Assembly (NCBI RefSeq): GCF_000012285.1
Contig: NC_007181.1
Span: 1,950,001 to 1,982,000 of the forward strand
Direction of reading: 5' to 3'
From: Sulfolobus acidocaldarius DSM 639
GTDB lineage: Archaea > Thermoproteota > Thermoprotei_A > Sulfolobales > Sulfolobaceae
DNA length: 32,000 nucleotides
The translations under genes and the position numbers were made by a program. Position 1 is the stretch's first letter. Each line of letters opens with the position of its first letter. The notes beneath the pieces were generated by a model. The model was given only the letters and a program-made list of their open reading frames with translations. It had not been told where the DNA came from and made no database searches. Shown one piece after another: positions 17,354-29,030 of this stretch.

Positions 17354-17960
17354 ATATTATTTTAGACTATTAAACATCATTTAAACTTTTACCTAATGAT
17401 AAATTTACAGTGTTAAATTTCAAGCGTGGATTAATAAAAAGTAAAATTATAAGAGACTTTATTCACGTTAAAAAATAGCCATCAAATACGTTATTAATTT
17501 ATAATTACTAAAAACTGTTAAATTAATAAAAAGATCATTTAGTGAGACCAAATTAAAATTAAGTTAATTTGTAACTCTCCTATCGCGTCTATTTTTGTTG
17601 CCAACAATAGTCGACCAATGAGATTAAAGCTTAAGTAAGTGGTACACACATACGACAACTGTATATACATGGAAAAACGTGTAGAATTACAGAGATATTC
17701 TACTAAGGGATCTAATTTAGGAATAATGGAAATGATTGAAAACACATAAAATGATACTACCTTAAATGAAGACACTAACATCTTACTAAAAATTACATCA
17801 TATGCGATTCCTCAATTTCTAATAAAAAGGTTTTTGTGAAGTTAATTAGCTCAGAGCAAAATTAAAGACTCTCACCGCAGATTAACAGGAATAGTTTAGC
17901 TAGCACATTAGACTAAAAAACTGAAAATCCTTGATCGAGATAAAAAAGAGATAATCTAAA

Positions 17961-18908
17961 CTAACTAAATAGTCTAGCTGGATTCTTTACGAAGATTACA
18001 TGCAACTGCTCATCAGTTACTCCTGCTCTCTTAATTGAGGGTATAACGTCTGTAAATATTAAACTCATACTCCATTTTGGAGCTAGTTTAGGTTTGTACT
18101 CCGGCTTTGCTATCCCCCAGTCAATTGTGCAACAGTAATCTTGTGACACCATAATCCTGTCCAAGTATCCATCTTTAATTAATTTCAACAACACCTCGTT
18201 CCTTTTATCTATAGGTAAGAATAGATCTAGACCGTATCTATCTAGACCTACAAACGAGCCTTTATCGGCTATCTTCTTTATGTAATCCACGTTATCAGTG
18301 TCCCCCAAGTGACCTATTAGCACTCTCCCTGGGTCTACACCCTCCTCCATTAGAATCCTTTGTTGCTCAAGACCTGTCCCGTTATGAGCATTTGAATGTG
18401 TTATTATGGGTACGTTAGTCTCCTTCTGAGCTATAGCAGCTGCCCTTATTGCCCTCTCTACATCCCTCGTTATACCTGGCTCATCTGCTGCAACCTTAAT
18501 GAAGCCTGCTCTATTATTTGTCCCTTGTATTCCCTTTTTTATATCATGTATTAATAATTCTGCAATCTCTTCCAATGATCTTCCATTGAAGAAGAAAGGT
18601 AAATCAGTGTAAGTATACAACCCCGTTGCTGCAATCACATTTATACCTGTTTCTTTCACGACCTTCTCACTGAATCTAATGTCTCTCCCTAAACCCATGA
18701 CAGTGGGATCCACGATGGTCTTAACACCATATGACATTATTGTCTTTACTTCATTTACTGCATTTTTTAACTCCTCATCTTCATTATAAAGATGTGGCCA
18801 TTGATATCTAACTGGTTCACTGAAGACCCTTAAATGCTCATGTATTAAAGTAAAACCCATTTCTCCAGGTGATATTTCACCTTTTCCTACAAGAGGAATT
18901 TTTGTCAT
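17961..18908 (-). CDS. Phosphotriesterase-like lactonase (PLL; SacPox/SsoPox-type)
   Basis: 315 aa. 'GFTLIHEHLRVFSE', 'GFIKVAADEPG' (carboxylated-Lys region), 'PIITHSNAH', 'IGHLGD', 'VSQDYCCTIDWG'. Near-colinear with the SsoPox sequence as I remember it. Confidence 0.95.
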   Translation of the reverse strand: MTKIPLVGKGEISPGEMGFTLIHEHLRVFSEPVRYQWPHLYNEDEELKNAVNEVKTIMSYGVKTIVDPTVMGLGRDIRFSEKVVKETGINVIAATGLYTYTDLPFFFNGRSLEEIAELLIHDIKKGIQGTNNRAGFIKVAADEPGITRDVERAIRAAAIAQKETNVPIITHSNAHNGTGLEQQRILMEEGVDPGRVLIGHLGDTDNVDYIKKIADKGSFVGLDRYGLDLFLPIDKRNEVLLKLIKDGYLDRIMVSQDYCCTIDWGIAKPEYKPKLAPKWSMSLIFTDVIPSIKRAGVTDEQLHVIFVKNPARLFS

Positions 18909-19274
18909 TTAAGTATATTATAATAATTTGATAGAATAAATTTTTGATATCTCAAATTGGGTTAGTAACATTTCGTACCATATGGTCACATCTAAACATT
19001 TAACAGAGAATCTGACAAAATCTTCTTATTTCATGTAGACTTATACGATATTCAATCTCTTGATCAGAACGTCAATATACCTCTGCAAATACTATATACA
19101 ACGAAGCTGAAAGGGACAATTAATATCTTCTTTGTCCCAGTGAAAATCCTCTCCTTTTTCTTATCATGTAAAAATTGATAGAGATGCCGTCCAAATACAT
19201 AATATAAAGATAATTTATTAGTTTATTTAATTAATAACCTAAAGGCTTATAATTTCACACTTAAAATCTAACTC

Positions 19275-20570
19275 ATGTCACAATCCATAAAGGACAAGCT
19301 GAGAAGTTACAATGTGGAGATACTTAGGTTTACATGGGTCGGGTTGGATGGAGTTATCAGGTCCAAAGGAGCCCAAGTGAGCCATGTGGAAGAGCTAATA
19401 AGAACTGGTATTGGCGTCACCAAAGCCATGTTCAGCTTTACCCCGATGGACATAATATCTCCTTATGGTTCCTTTGGTCCCCAGGATGAGGATGTCTTCA
19501 TAGTCCCAGACTTATCGACTTTGACTGTGTTTCCTCCCTCAGCTATTGTAATATGTGAAGTTAGAGATAAGGGCAAGCCTTGGGAATTTGATTTGAGAAG
19601 TAAGTTAAATGCGAGACTGGAGAAACTTAAGGAGGAAGAAGGTTACGACGTGAGATCATCATTTGAAATGGAATTCTACCTTGTGAAGGATAGGAAACCA
19701 TATGACGACGCAAGATGCTTCGACTCCTCTGCTTTTTACAATAATCCAATAATAAGTGAAATGATAAAGGTACTCACAAACTCAGGGATAGATATTATAA
19801 GGGTTATCAAGGAGTACGGACCTGGTCAATACGAGTTTGATATAGTTCACAAGAACTCATTGAGGAGTGCTGATGAGGTGGTAATATTCAAGGAGATAAC
19901 AAAACAGATTGCCCTCTCAAAAGGTATTGAAGTTAACTTCATGCCAAAACCTTTCAACAAACTACCAGGGTCAGGTATGCATTTGAACATAAGCCTTTGG
20001 AGAGAAGGGAAAAACGTATTTTATGACCCTAAGGACAAATATGGACTTAGTGAACTAGGATATAATTTCATTGCCGGACTGTTGGAACACGCAAAGGCTC
20101 TCACTGCATTAGTTGCACCTACAGTTAATTCATATAAGCGATTAGTACCAGGCTCATGGGCACCCACTAAGATATCTTATGGGTATAACAACAAATCTAC
20201 CATGATAAGAATACCAACCCCTTATCCCACAATGGAATCACATGACAGGAGAGTTGAGTACAGGGTTCCTGACGCTTCTTCTAATCCTTACCTAGTTATA
20301 TTAGCTGTTTTGGAAGCTGGACTCGATGGTATTGAGAGGGGATTGAAACCCGGTAATCCTGTGAACGAAAATGCTTACCTTAGAAAAGACATAGAGGATA
20401 TTCCAAGAAATCTAAGGGAGGCTTTACGTGAGCTAGATAGAGACAACAGATTGAAGGAGAGAATAGGGGAACAGGTTGTGAGGGAGTTCATTAACATCAA
20501 AAGTGCTGAGGTTGAAGAGTTCGAATCTATTGTAACGGACTGGGAGTACGAGGTTTACAGGAAGATCTAG
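19275..20570 (+). CDS. Glutamine-synthetase-like ligase (GS type I fold; possibly a gamma-glutamyl-amine synthetase)
   Basis: 431 aa. Conserved 'SFEMEFYL', 'EYGPGQYEFD', 'KPFNKLPGSGMHLNISL', 'MIRIP', 'VEYRVPDASSNPYL'. However, it has 'NSYKRLVPGSWAP' instead of '..PGYEAP', and I see no 'DGSS' motif in the N-domain. TATA 'cttataa' at ~19245-19251. Confidence 0.85.
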   Translation: MSQSIKDKLRSYNVEILRFTWVGLDGVIRSKGAQVSHVEELIRTGIGVTKAMFSFTPMDIISPYGSFGPQDEDVFIVPDLSTLTVFPPSAIVICEVRDKGKPWEFDLRSKLNARLEKLKEEEGYDVRSSFEMEFYLVKDRKPYDDARCFDSSAFYNNPIISEMIKVLTNSGIDIIRVIKEYGPGQYEFDIVHKNSLRSADEVVIFKEITKQIALSKGIEVNFMPKPFNKLPGSGMHLNISLWREGKNVFYDPKDKYGLSELGYNFIAGLLEHAKALTALVAPTVNSYKRLVPGSWAPTKISYGYNNKSTMIRIPTPYPTMESHDRRVEYRVPDASSNPYLVILAVLEAGLDGIERGLKPGNPVNENAYLRKDIEDIPRNLREALRELDRDNRLKERIGEQVVREFINIKSAEVEEFESIVTDWEYEVYRKI

Positions 20571-20571
20571 C

Positions 20572-21624
20572 ATGATAATAGATTCTCATTGCCATTGGTT
20601 TTCTGTTAAAGTTATGGATGAAAAGGAGTTTATGATGGCATCAGCTGAGTCGTGGGGAGAGAAGGAGATAAATGCGGACGTAATTGAAATGAACAAGTGG
20701 AGACCATTTTACCTCATGTTAAAGAAAGAGATGAAGAGACTTTTAGGAGACGATTTCATCAAAGAGAGGAATAGGTTAATAAGAGATGACCCTGTGAGTT
20801 ACATGAAATTCCTAATTGATGATGCTAAGATTAAAGCTTTTGTTATTGATGAGGGATTTGGAAGTAAAGAGATGGAAATACCTGCACCGTATAAGCGTCT
20901 CTTCAGGATAGAGAGCATAATTAATTCCAGTCTCTTCTCCTTGCCCTTCGATAAGGCAATAGAGTTCTTTGAGGAAACATTGAGGAATAAAGTAAGGGAA
21001 GGATATGTGGGGTTCAAGAGTATAATAGCTTACAGGACTGGTCTAAATATAACCTGCAATGAGTTGAAAGCGTTAGAGGACTTCTTGTCAAGGGATGAGG
21101 ATTGGTACGGGGAGAAGAAGAAGGGCTTTAGGGACTACCTGTTATGCAAGACTATGGAGATAGCTAAAGAGTTAGATGTACCACTGCAGGTTCATACGGG
21201 TGCTGGTGACAGGGATATAAAGCTTGAACTGTCGAGACCAGCTTACTTAACTAATGTTGTGAGAAGGTATGAAGGAAAAATAGTGTTTGTTCATTCAGGT
21301 TACCCTTACCACAGGGAAACTGCATGGATGAGTTATATATTTCCTTCAGTATACTTGGACTTATCTCAGGTCTGTCCATTTGCGCCTTTAGGGGCTTTAA
21401 ATGCTTTAGAGGAGATAATGGAGGTTGCGCCTTTTAACAAAATAATGTATGGGAGTGATGGGTTTAATATACCTGAAATAGCTTGGATTTCAGCTAAGAT
21501 ATTTCCAAGATATTTAGACATGGTTCTGAACAAAATGGTCTCATTAGGGATAATTGAAGAGGAGGAAGAAATAAGGCAAATGATATTATCTCGGAATGCC
21601 TCACGTCTATACAAGCTTGATTGA
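20572..21624 (+). CDS. Amidohydrolase-2 family metal-dependent hydrolase
   Basis: 350 aa. 'MIIDSHCHWF' is the HxH motif; also 'LQVHTGAGD', 'FVHSGYP', 'MYGSDG'. Its ATG lies 1 nt after the GS-like stop (tagcATG), so the two are translationally coupled. Confidence 0.8.
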   Translation: MIIDSHCHWFSVKVMDEKEFMMASAESWGEKEINADVIEMNKWRPFYLMLKKEMKRLLGDDFIKERNRLIRDDPVSYMKFLIDDAKIKAFVIDEGFGSKEMEIPAPYKRLFRIESIINSSLFSLPFDKAIEFFEETLRNKVREGYVGFKSIIAYRTGLNITCNELKALEDFLSRDEDWYGEKKKGFRDYLLCKTMEIAKELDVPLQVHTGAGDRDIKLELSRPAYLTNVVRRYEGKIVFVHSGYPYHRETAWMSYIFPSVYLDLSQVCPFAPLGALNALEEIMEVAPFNKIMYGSDGFNIPEIAWISAKIFPRYLDMVLNKMVSLGIIEEEEEIRQMILSRNASRLYKLD

Positions 21625-21869
21625 CTAATGCAAAGTAAGTCCACGTTCAGGAGATTGAACTAAATCTTAAGTTGTATTGTAATTCTTTACACGCCAATAT
21701 TCCTATGGGAGAGCGCTTTATTACATAACTTAAAAAGCCTGCAGAATTATTTAACTTGTAAGAAGCTTAATAGAGTGTCAACACCAATTTGTTGCCTATA
21801 TGTGATATTATTATTCAAGTGATATGAAATTATACTAAAGTTTAAAAACTTTAAACATTATTATACAGT

Positions 21870-23387
21870 ATGGTAATTAGAACAGGAGATCAATACGTTT
21901 CGTCTATAAGTAAGCGCTCTAAGGTGGAAATATACGTTCTGGGAAAAGAGGTCAAGGATGTAACGAAACACCCATTCCTTAAGCCATCTGTGATGTCCTT
22001 TAAGGCAACATTTGATGCTGCATGGGATGAGGACACAAAGGAGCTAGGAAGAGCCTGGAGTCCATATCTTGAGGAAGAGATAAACAGGTTTAATCACATT
22101 CATAGATCCCCAGAGGACTTAGCTGCTAAGGTTAAACTACTGAGAAAACTTAGTCATAAGACTGGAGCATGTTTTCAGAGATGTGTTGGTTGGGACTCTC
22201 TAAATACATTGAACATAGTGACCAAGATTATGGCAAATAAAGGTAGGACTGAGCCTAGAGACAGGTTTGTGGAATATCTAAAATACGTGCAGAAGAACGA
22301 TCTAGCCCTTGCAGGAGCCATGACAGATGTGAAGGGTATTAGAACACTGAAGCCAAGCCAACAGCCAAATAAGAATGCTTACCTTAGGGTCACTGAAGTA
22401 ACAAAGGACGGAATTTATGTGTCCGGAGCAAAGGCAAACATAACAGGAGTTGCTGCGACTGAGGAGATGGTCGTCTTACCTACTAGGGCTATGGGACCAG
22501 AGGACAAGGATTACGCTGTAGCCTTTGCAATACCTACGGACACTGAGGGTATTAAGATTGTGGTCGGGAGGCAAATTAACGATGCAAGGAGAATGGAAGA
22601 GGGTGAAATAGACGGTTTACCATATTTCTACAACCATGAAGGATTAGTAATATTCGACAACGTATTTGTCCCTATGAACAGAGTTTTTCTTGCCGGAGAA
22701 TGGGAGTACACTGGTACACTAGTGGAGATATTTGCTGCTTATCACAGGCAGGGTTATGGGGGGTGTAAGGCAGGCTTAGGAGATGTGATAATAGGGGCAA
22801 GTGCTGATTTAGCCAGGCAGATTGGTGTTGAAAAAGCTCCCCATGTACAGGACAAGTTAACCGAAATGATATTCCTGACTGAAACCATGTACTCTGCAGG
22901 GATTGCGGCAAGTCTCAATGCGGTTAAAATATGTGATAATTGTTGGTGGGTTAATCCAATGCACGCTAATGTGACTAAGCATTTAGTTGCCAGATTTCCT
23001 GCACAGATCAGCCAGTTAGCTATAGATATAGCAGGTGGAATGGTAGGCACTGCGCCAAGTGAATGGGATTTGAAAAATCCCAAACTGAAAGAATATATAA
23101 TGAGATATTTACAGGGAGTTGAGGACTTCACTGCAGAGGACAGGCTTAGAATGGTTAGGTTGATAGAGAATGTAAGCATGGGAGTTGCATTCCAGATCGA
23201 ATCTATTCACGGCGCTGGAAGTCCTGCTGCCCAGAGAATAATGTTTTCAAGACTTTATGATCTTGATCTAGCTAGAGAAATATCGAAGAAATTGGCTGGT
23301 AGAAAGGCTGATTTAAAGATGACGACCAAGCCAGAGCCATGGAGAGAGACACAGTCAGAACAAGAAGCAAAGGAACATGATAAGTAG
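21870..23387 (+). CDS. 4-hydroxybutyryl-CoA dehydratase / vinylacetyl-CoA isomerase family (AbfD-like)
   Basis: 505 aa. [4Fe-4S] ligand pattern C101-x3-C105 ('GACFQRCVG') and H292-x6-C299 ('[12 protein letters not shown]'). This matches the spacing, and nearly the numbering, of the Clostridium aminobutyricum enzyme ligands (C99, C103, H292, C299). TATA 'tttaaaaa' at 21841-21848, 25 nt from the ATG. Confidence 0.9.
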   Translation: MVIRTGDQYVSSISKRSKVEIYVLGKEVKDVTKHPFLKPSVMSFKATFDAAWDEDTKELGRAWSPYLEEEINRFNHIHRSPEDLAAKVKLLRKLSHKTGACFQRCVGWDSLNTLNIVTKIMANKGRTEPRDRFVEYLKYVQKNDLALAGAMTDVKGIRTLKPSQQPNKNAYLRVTEVTKDGIYVSGAKANITGVAATEEMVVLPTRAMGPEDKDYAVAFAIPTDTEGIKIVVGRQINDARRMEEGEIDGLPYFYNHEGLVIFDNVFVPMNRVFLAGEWEYTGTLVEIFAAYHRQGYGGCKAGLGDVIIGASADLARQIGVEKAPHVQDKLTEMIFLTETMYSAGIAASLNAVKICDNCWWVNPMHANVTKHLVARFPAQISQLAIDIAGGMVGTAPSEWDLKNPKLKEYIMRYLQGVEDFTAEDRLRMVRLIENVSMGVAFQIESIHGAGSPAAQRIMFSRLYDLDLAREISKKLAGRKADLKMTTKPEPWRETQSEQEAKEHDK

Positions 23388-23604
23388 TAAAAAATTTTCT
23401 GGGATTTCTAGCTTTAAATAAGAAACCTATTATTTTAATCTTAATCTAAATGTTTTCCCGTTTAATCTAAAAGAGCATAAAAACAGATACCAGAGAATAT
23501 AATTTAATGAGTTATTATACACCCCTAATTATATTACTCCAAACCTACAAATTACATGAAAACTGGTAGTTAGATCACTTATTGGAATCCATTTCTAATC
23601 TGAA

Positions 23605-24603
23605 TCAACTTCTGGACTTCATTATCTCTGAACTATGTCCGCCAAATATGGACACATTTGGATCTATATACTTCTTCGCCATACTTGTAGCTATAGCAGC
23701 TTCACTAAAACCTATAGCTATTAAAGCCATCTTTGGCACCCCTTCTTGGCTTGCGATATCACCGGCAGCATATACACCAGGCAAATTTGTTTCCATCTTG
23801 GCATTGACTAAAATATCCCTTCCCTTCATGTTTAAACCCCATCTGGGAACATTTCCTAGATCTCCCTTATGTCCAATACTTATTATTACAGCGTCAACAT
23901 CTAACGTTTTCTCCTCCTTTGTCCTGTTATCAAATATTACAGCCTGGGTAACCTTGCTTCCATCCCCCTTTACTTCCTTTAACTCATGCCAAGTGTGAAC
24001 TGAAGCGATGTTATACAACTGTTTTACACTGCTCTCATGTGCTCTAAACTGATCTCTCCTGTGAATTAGTGTGATTGACTTTGCAACTGGAGCCAAGTTA
24101 ATAGCCCAATCTACAGCTGAATCTCCTCCTCCAACGATCAAAATTCTCTTTTCCTCAAAGTCCTTCTTCCTTTTAACTGTGTAGTATACTCCCCTATTTT
24201 CATACTCAATCTCTCCTCCTGCACCTAGCCTTGATGGAGTGATCCTCCCTATACCTAATGCTAGTAATATTGTTTTAGCTTTAAACTCGTTTCCCTTATC
24301 AGTCTTTATCACCCAAAGATTATCCTGTGTTCTCGTTATCCAATCTACCCACTCCTTAAGTCTTATATCAGGGGAAAACATCTTTGCTTGTTCTATGAGG
24401 TTCTGGGCTAGGTCATATGCCAAAATACCAGGATATCCTCCAACATCATAAACCATTTTCTCAGGATATATTGTGACCAGCTGTCCACCTAGCTCGTCTT
24501 GTGCATCAATTAGTAAAGCACTCATATCTCTTAGACCGGAATAAAACGTTGCAAATAATCCTATAGGTCCGCCACCGACGATTATAATATCATATTCCTT
24601 CAA
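23605..24603 (-). CDS. Thioredoxin-reductase-like ferredoxin-NADP+ oxidoreductase (TrxR-type FNR)
   Basis: 332 aa. FAD motif '[11 protein letters not shown]', NAD(P)H motif '[14 protein letters not shown]', 'GVYAAGD'. The protein contains no cysteine at all, so it cannot be a CxxC thioredoxin reductase. Confidence 0.8.
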   Translation of the reverse strand: MKEYDIIIVGGGPIGLFATFYSGLRDMSALLIDAQDELGGQLVTIYPEKMVYDVGGYPGILAYDLAQNLIEQAKMFSPDIRLKEWVDWITRTQDNLWVIKTDKGNEFKAKTILLALGIGRITPSRLGAGGEIEYENRGVYYTVKRKKDFEEKRILIVGGGDSAVDWAINLAPVAKSITLIHRRDQFRAHESSVKQLYNIASVHTWHELKEVKGDGSKVTQAVIFDNRTKEEKTLDVDAVIISIGHKGDLGNVPRWGLNMKGRDILVNAKMETNLPGVYAAGDIASQEGVPKMALIAIGFSEAAIATSMAKKYIDPNVSIFGGHSSEIMKSRS

Positions 24604-24723
24604 TATAGGTACCCAATAATTGATTATGTTTATATTATTTAAATTTTTTGATTAAAGAGCAATAGATCACTATGAATTAATGATAATATAAACTTTTTAA
24701 GTAGTTTAAACTTCTACTATATT

Positions 24724-25815
24724 ATGCTAGCAGGAGTGCTTCATAACTATAAGGAACCTATAACTGTGGAGGAAGTGGAAATAGAGGAGCCTAAGGAAAA
24801 TGAGGTAATGATCGAGGTTAAGGCTACTGGAATGTGCCACTCTGATGTAAATGTTTTTTTAGGGTCAACTCCCGTCCCTACGCCTGTAATAGCAGGACAT
24901 GAAATAGCAGGCAGAGTTGTGAAGGTGGGGCATAATGTAAGTAGGGTAAAAGAAGGCGATAGGGTTATATCAACTTTCATTCAACCCTGCGGAAAGTGTA
25001 AGAATTGTATATCTGGTATGGAAAATCTTTGTGAGACTTTTGCATCGGTCAGACTGAAAGGTACAATGTTTGACGGTACAACTAGAGTTAAATATAAGGA
25101 CGGAAGGTCTATAAGGACATTTTTAGGTGGAGGGTTTGCGGAATATTCTATAGTGCACGAAAATGCCTTAACTAGAATGGAAGACAGCAACGTGAATATA
25201 GAGGAACTAGCTGTGTTAGGATGTTCTGGTATAACTGCTTATGGTGCAATTAGCTCTGCCAACGTAAGACCTGGGGATAGTGTAGCTGTAGTAGGAGTAG
25301 GTGGTGTTGGGCTATCAGTTATACAAATGCTGAGAGCAGTGGGGGCAGGGAGAATAATTGCTCTAGGAACAAAGAAGTGGAAATTGGAAAAAGCTCTAGA
25401 GCTTGGGGCAACAGATTTTATAAACACCAAGGAATCTGAGCCAGTAAAAACCCTGAAGGAAATGACTAATGGAGGTCCAGATATAATAATTGAGGCTGGG
25501 GGAACCCAAGAGACTATACAAATGGCTTTAGAAGGGGTTAGAATTGGAGGGAAAGTGGTTTTGATAGGCTTACCACCTACATCAGCTCTCATTCCAGTTA
25601 GAGTCTCAATGATAGTGAGAAATGGAATCACTATAATAGGTAATTATGGCAGTAAACCTAGGGTAGATATGCCGAAACTAGTAGAGTTAGTTAGGACAAA
25701 GAGATACGACCCACAGAAACTCATTACAGGAAAATTCAAGTTAGAGGAAATCAACGAGGCTGTGAAATTGTTAGAGGAGGGGCTCGCAATAAGGAGTTTA
25801 ATTATTCCTCACTAG
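24724..25815 (+). CDS. Zn-dependent alcohol/aldehyde reductase (MDR family)
   Basis: 363 aa. 'TGMCHSDV', '[12 protein letters not shown]', structural Zn '[15 protein letters not shown]', Rossmann 'VVGVGGVGL'. Confidence 0.9.
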   Translation: MLAGVLHNYKEPITVEEVEIEEPKENEVMIEVKATGMCHSDVNVFLGSTPVPTPVIAGHEIAGRVVKVGHNVSRVKEGDRVISTFIQPCGKCKNCISGMENLCETFASVRLKGTMFDGTTRVKYKDGRSIRTFLGGGFAEYSIVHENALTRMEDSNVNIEELAVLGCSGITAYGAISSANVRPGDSVAVVGVGGVGLSVIQMLRAVGAGRIIALGTKKWKLEKALELGATDFINTKESEPVKTLKEMTNGGPDIIIEAGGTQETIQMALEGVRIGGKVVLIGLPPTSALIPVRVSMIVRNGITIIGNYGSKPRVDMPKLVELVRTKRYDPQKLITGKFKLEEINEAVKLLEEGLAIRSLIIPH

Positions 25816-26027
25816 CCTCTCCACGAAAACTTAGTACTTACTTTAGATGAATAGTGACATGATATTCCCTTGATAACTGAAATATCTTGCCCAGTTTTCA
25901 TCACAGAATAACAGGTCACGTTTACATTTGTCAATACGAGATCTTTTAAATACATTTATAATACGTTTCCTATAATTTATCATGAGAAACACAAAGTTTT
26001 TTAAACTTCTTATACAACTTAAATAAG

Positions 26028-27455
26028 ATGAACGCAGATAGTTTACATGAATATGAACGAATCCACAAAGAACTTGTAGAAGAAGGATTCATAAGAAGAG
26101 ATTTTCCCCCAAATCCCTCCATCAAACTATGGAATGAAAGAGTAATGAAGATGCCTAGAGACGAGTTAGATAAGTTAAAGACAGTAAGGCTAAAGAGACT
26201 GGTTAAATGGGCATGGGAGAATGTCGAATTTTACAAGAGGTTTTGGAAGAACAGGGGATTCTATCCTGAGTACATCAAGGACTGGAGAGATATTGTGAAA
26301 ATTCCTGTACTTAGGAAGGAGGATATAAGAACTGACTTACAGACACACCCACCTTTCGGAACCATATTTCATCCAGACTTAGCCAAAAGGATAAGGTTTG
26401 TTGGTGCAACTTCAGGTTCCACAGGAATGCCCACATTTCAAGGATGGGGGAAACTGGAATTAGACTATTTTCAGGAAGCTCAGGCTAGGTATCTATGGAG
26501 TTTCGCTGGAGTAAGACCAGGTATAACATACGCCAACTACTTAAACATGAGCGGGTTTTACAGTTGGGGTCCTCCGGTAGTTGAGACGGCGATGTGGAGA
26601 TGTGGAGCTACTACAATTGCTGGGGGAGGAGAGACGTTTTTCTCCTGGAAGCAGAGACATCTGTTAATATTCAAACTGTGGAAGATAGACGTCTTTGCAA
26701 CTACACCTTGGTTACACAGACTAATAGGAGAAATGGCAATAGAGGAAGGATGGGAAACTCCCTTCAAGGTTCTGTTATTACATGGGGGTGCAGCTGCTGA
26801 AAATACGAAGAAGAGACTGTTTAAGGTACATCCTAATGCTGAGATGGCAATAAACGTCTGGGGAACTACAGATGGACATATGGCTGTAGAATTACCCAAC
26901 TCAAGAGGAGAGCTTGTGATATGGGAGGATATGGAGATCTTTGATGTAATAGACCCAAAGACCAATGAACCAGTCTCTGAGGGCGAGAGGGGTGAATTAA
27001 TAGCAACTTTACTTAATCACTTTACCATGCCACTGATTAGGTACAGTTTAGGTGATTACGTTAAAAATGAGTTTATAACTGAACCAGACCCTATCTTCGG
27101 TATAACTCATGCCAGATTTGTAGAGCCTATACCAGGGAGAGTCGAGTGGATGTTCAGAGTAAAGGGAAAATTGCTGTTGCCAATATATATTGAAGACGCA
27201 ATAAATGAAATACCTGATACGACTGGAATGTTCAACATAATGGTTTATGCGGAGGAGATGGAGAAGCTGAGGATAAAGATAGAGAGTAAGAGAGACAGAG
27301 TAGATGAGGCTTACGATAAGTCAGCTAAAGCTTTGCTAGCCAATAAGATAGGATTAGACGAAAATGACGTTGAGATAGAATGGATTAGACCAGGAGAAGC
27401 TGTCTGGACTGGTTATAAATTACAGGTCTTTGTGGATCAAAGAAAGAAGAGGTAG
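26028..27455 (+). CDS. PaaK / coenzyme-F390-synthetase-family adenylate-forming ligase
   Basis: 475 aa. '[13 protein letters not shown]' is an AMP-binding P-loop-like motif at the position typical of phenylacetate-CoA-ligase-like enzymes. The size and the C-terminal small domain fit this family. Confidence 0.75.
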   Translation: MNADSLHEYERIHKELVEEGFIRRDFPPNPSIKLWNERVMKMPRDELDKLKTVRLKRLVKWAWENVEFYKRFWKNRGFYPEYIKDWRDIVKIPVLRKEDIRTDLQTHPPFGTIFHPDLAKRIRFVGATSGSTGMPTFQGWGKLELDYFQEAQARYLWSFAGVRPGITYANYLNMSGFYSWGPPVVETAMWRCGATTIAGGGETFFSWKQRHLLIFKLWKIDVFATTPWLHRLIGEMAIEEGWETPFKVLLLHGGAAAENTKKRLFKVHPNAEMAINVWGTTDGHMAVELPNSRGELVIWEDMEIFDVIDPKTNEPVSEGERGELIATLLNHFTMPLIRYSLGDYVKNEFITEPDPIFGITHARFVEPIPGRVEWMFRVKGKLLLPIYIEDAINEIPDTTGMFNIMVYAEEMEKLRIKIESKRDRVDEAYDKSAKALLANKIGLDENDVEIEWIRPGEAVWTGYKLQVFVDQRKKR

Positions 27456-27735
27456 CATTAAAGGGGTGTTGAAAACCTACACTAAATGAGGTCATGTACC
27501 CAAACATTTATTTTAAAAAGTGTTCAGATCAGCAAAATAGATAATGGATCACCCAATCCTAGCTCTATAAAATGCGTCTAAGTGTTCTAACTCTCATTTT
27601 CCCATTTTATCCCCTTACGTGGAGTTTAAGCCACAAAGTCAGCTAGTTATTAAGAGTTAAGCTGATTTCCTCTCTATCACAAAGGGCGAAGCTCTCATCG
27701 TCACGTAAAATTTATCATTGTATTATTAACAATAA

Positions 27736-28869
<1,134 letters not shown>

Positions 28870-28902
28870 TTGAAGAAGGACCAATCTACATGTATTTTAC
28901 AC

Positions 28903-28930
28903 AAGGAAGATATATACTCCTTCCTTTTTA
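28903..28930 (+). terminator. Hairpin plus T5 terminator candidate downstream of mcr
   Basis: AAGGAAG (28903-28909) pairs with CTTCCTT (28920-26) around a 10-nt loop and runs into a T-tract 'ttttt' (28925-29). Confidence 0.35.
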
Positions 28931-29030
28931 ATCACTTTATAGTAGAGTGAGGATGTGTTTTCTAAATGTTTTTTAATTTTTTACTTGATCGATATATTTA
29001 TTATTTATTATTGCTTAAATTTATTTTGAT

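Noticed and set aside
17539-17781. 80-aa hydrophobic ORF in the AT-rich gap
   Set aside because: It has no motif, no obvious TATA/start geometry, and a composition expected from AT-rich non-coding DNA. It is retained only as a remark under the gap finding.
23582-23998. 138-aa plus-strand ORF antisense to the FNR-like gene
   Set aside because: It is a shadow ORF inside a strongly supported minus-strand gene and has no motifs. The same reasoning applies to 22754-23179, 25239-25631, 26558-26965, 7186-7551, 29687-30028 and the other short antisense ORFs in the track.
25898-25904. Perfect C-box GTGATGA on the minus strand in the ADH/PaaK-like spacer
   Set aside because: No CTGA (D or D') box occurs downstream on that strand within 100 nt, so it is not a C/D sRNA.
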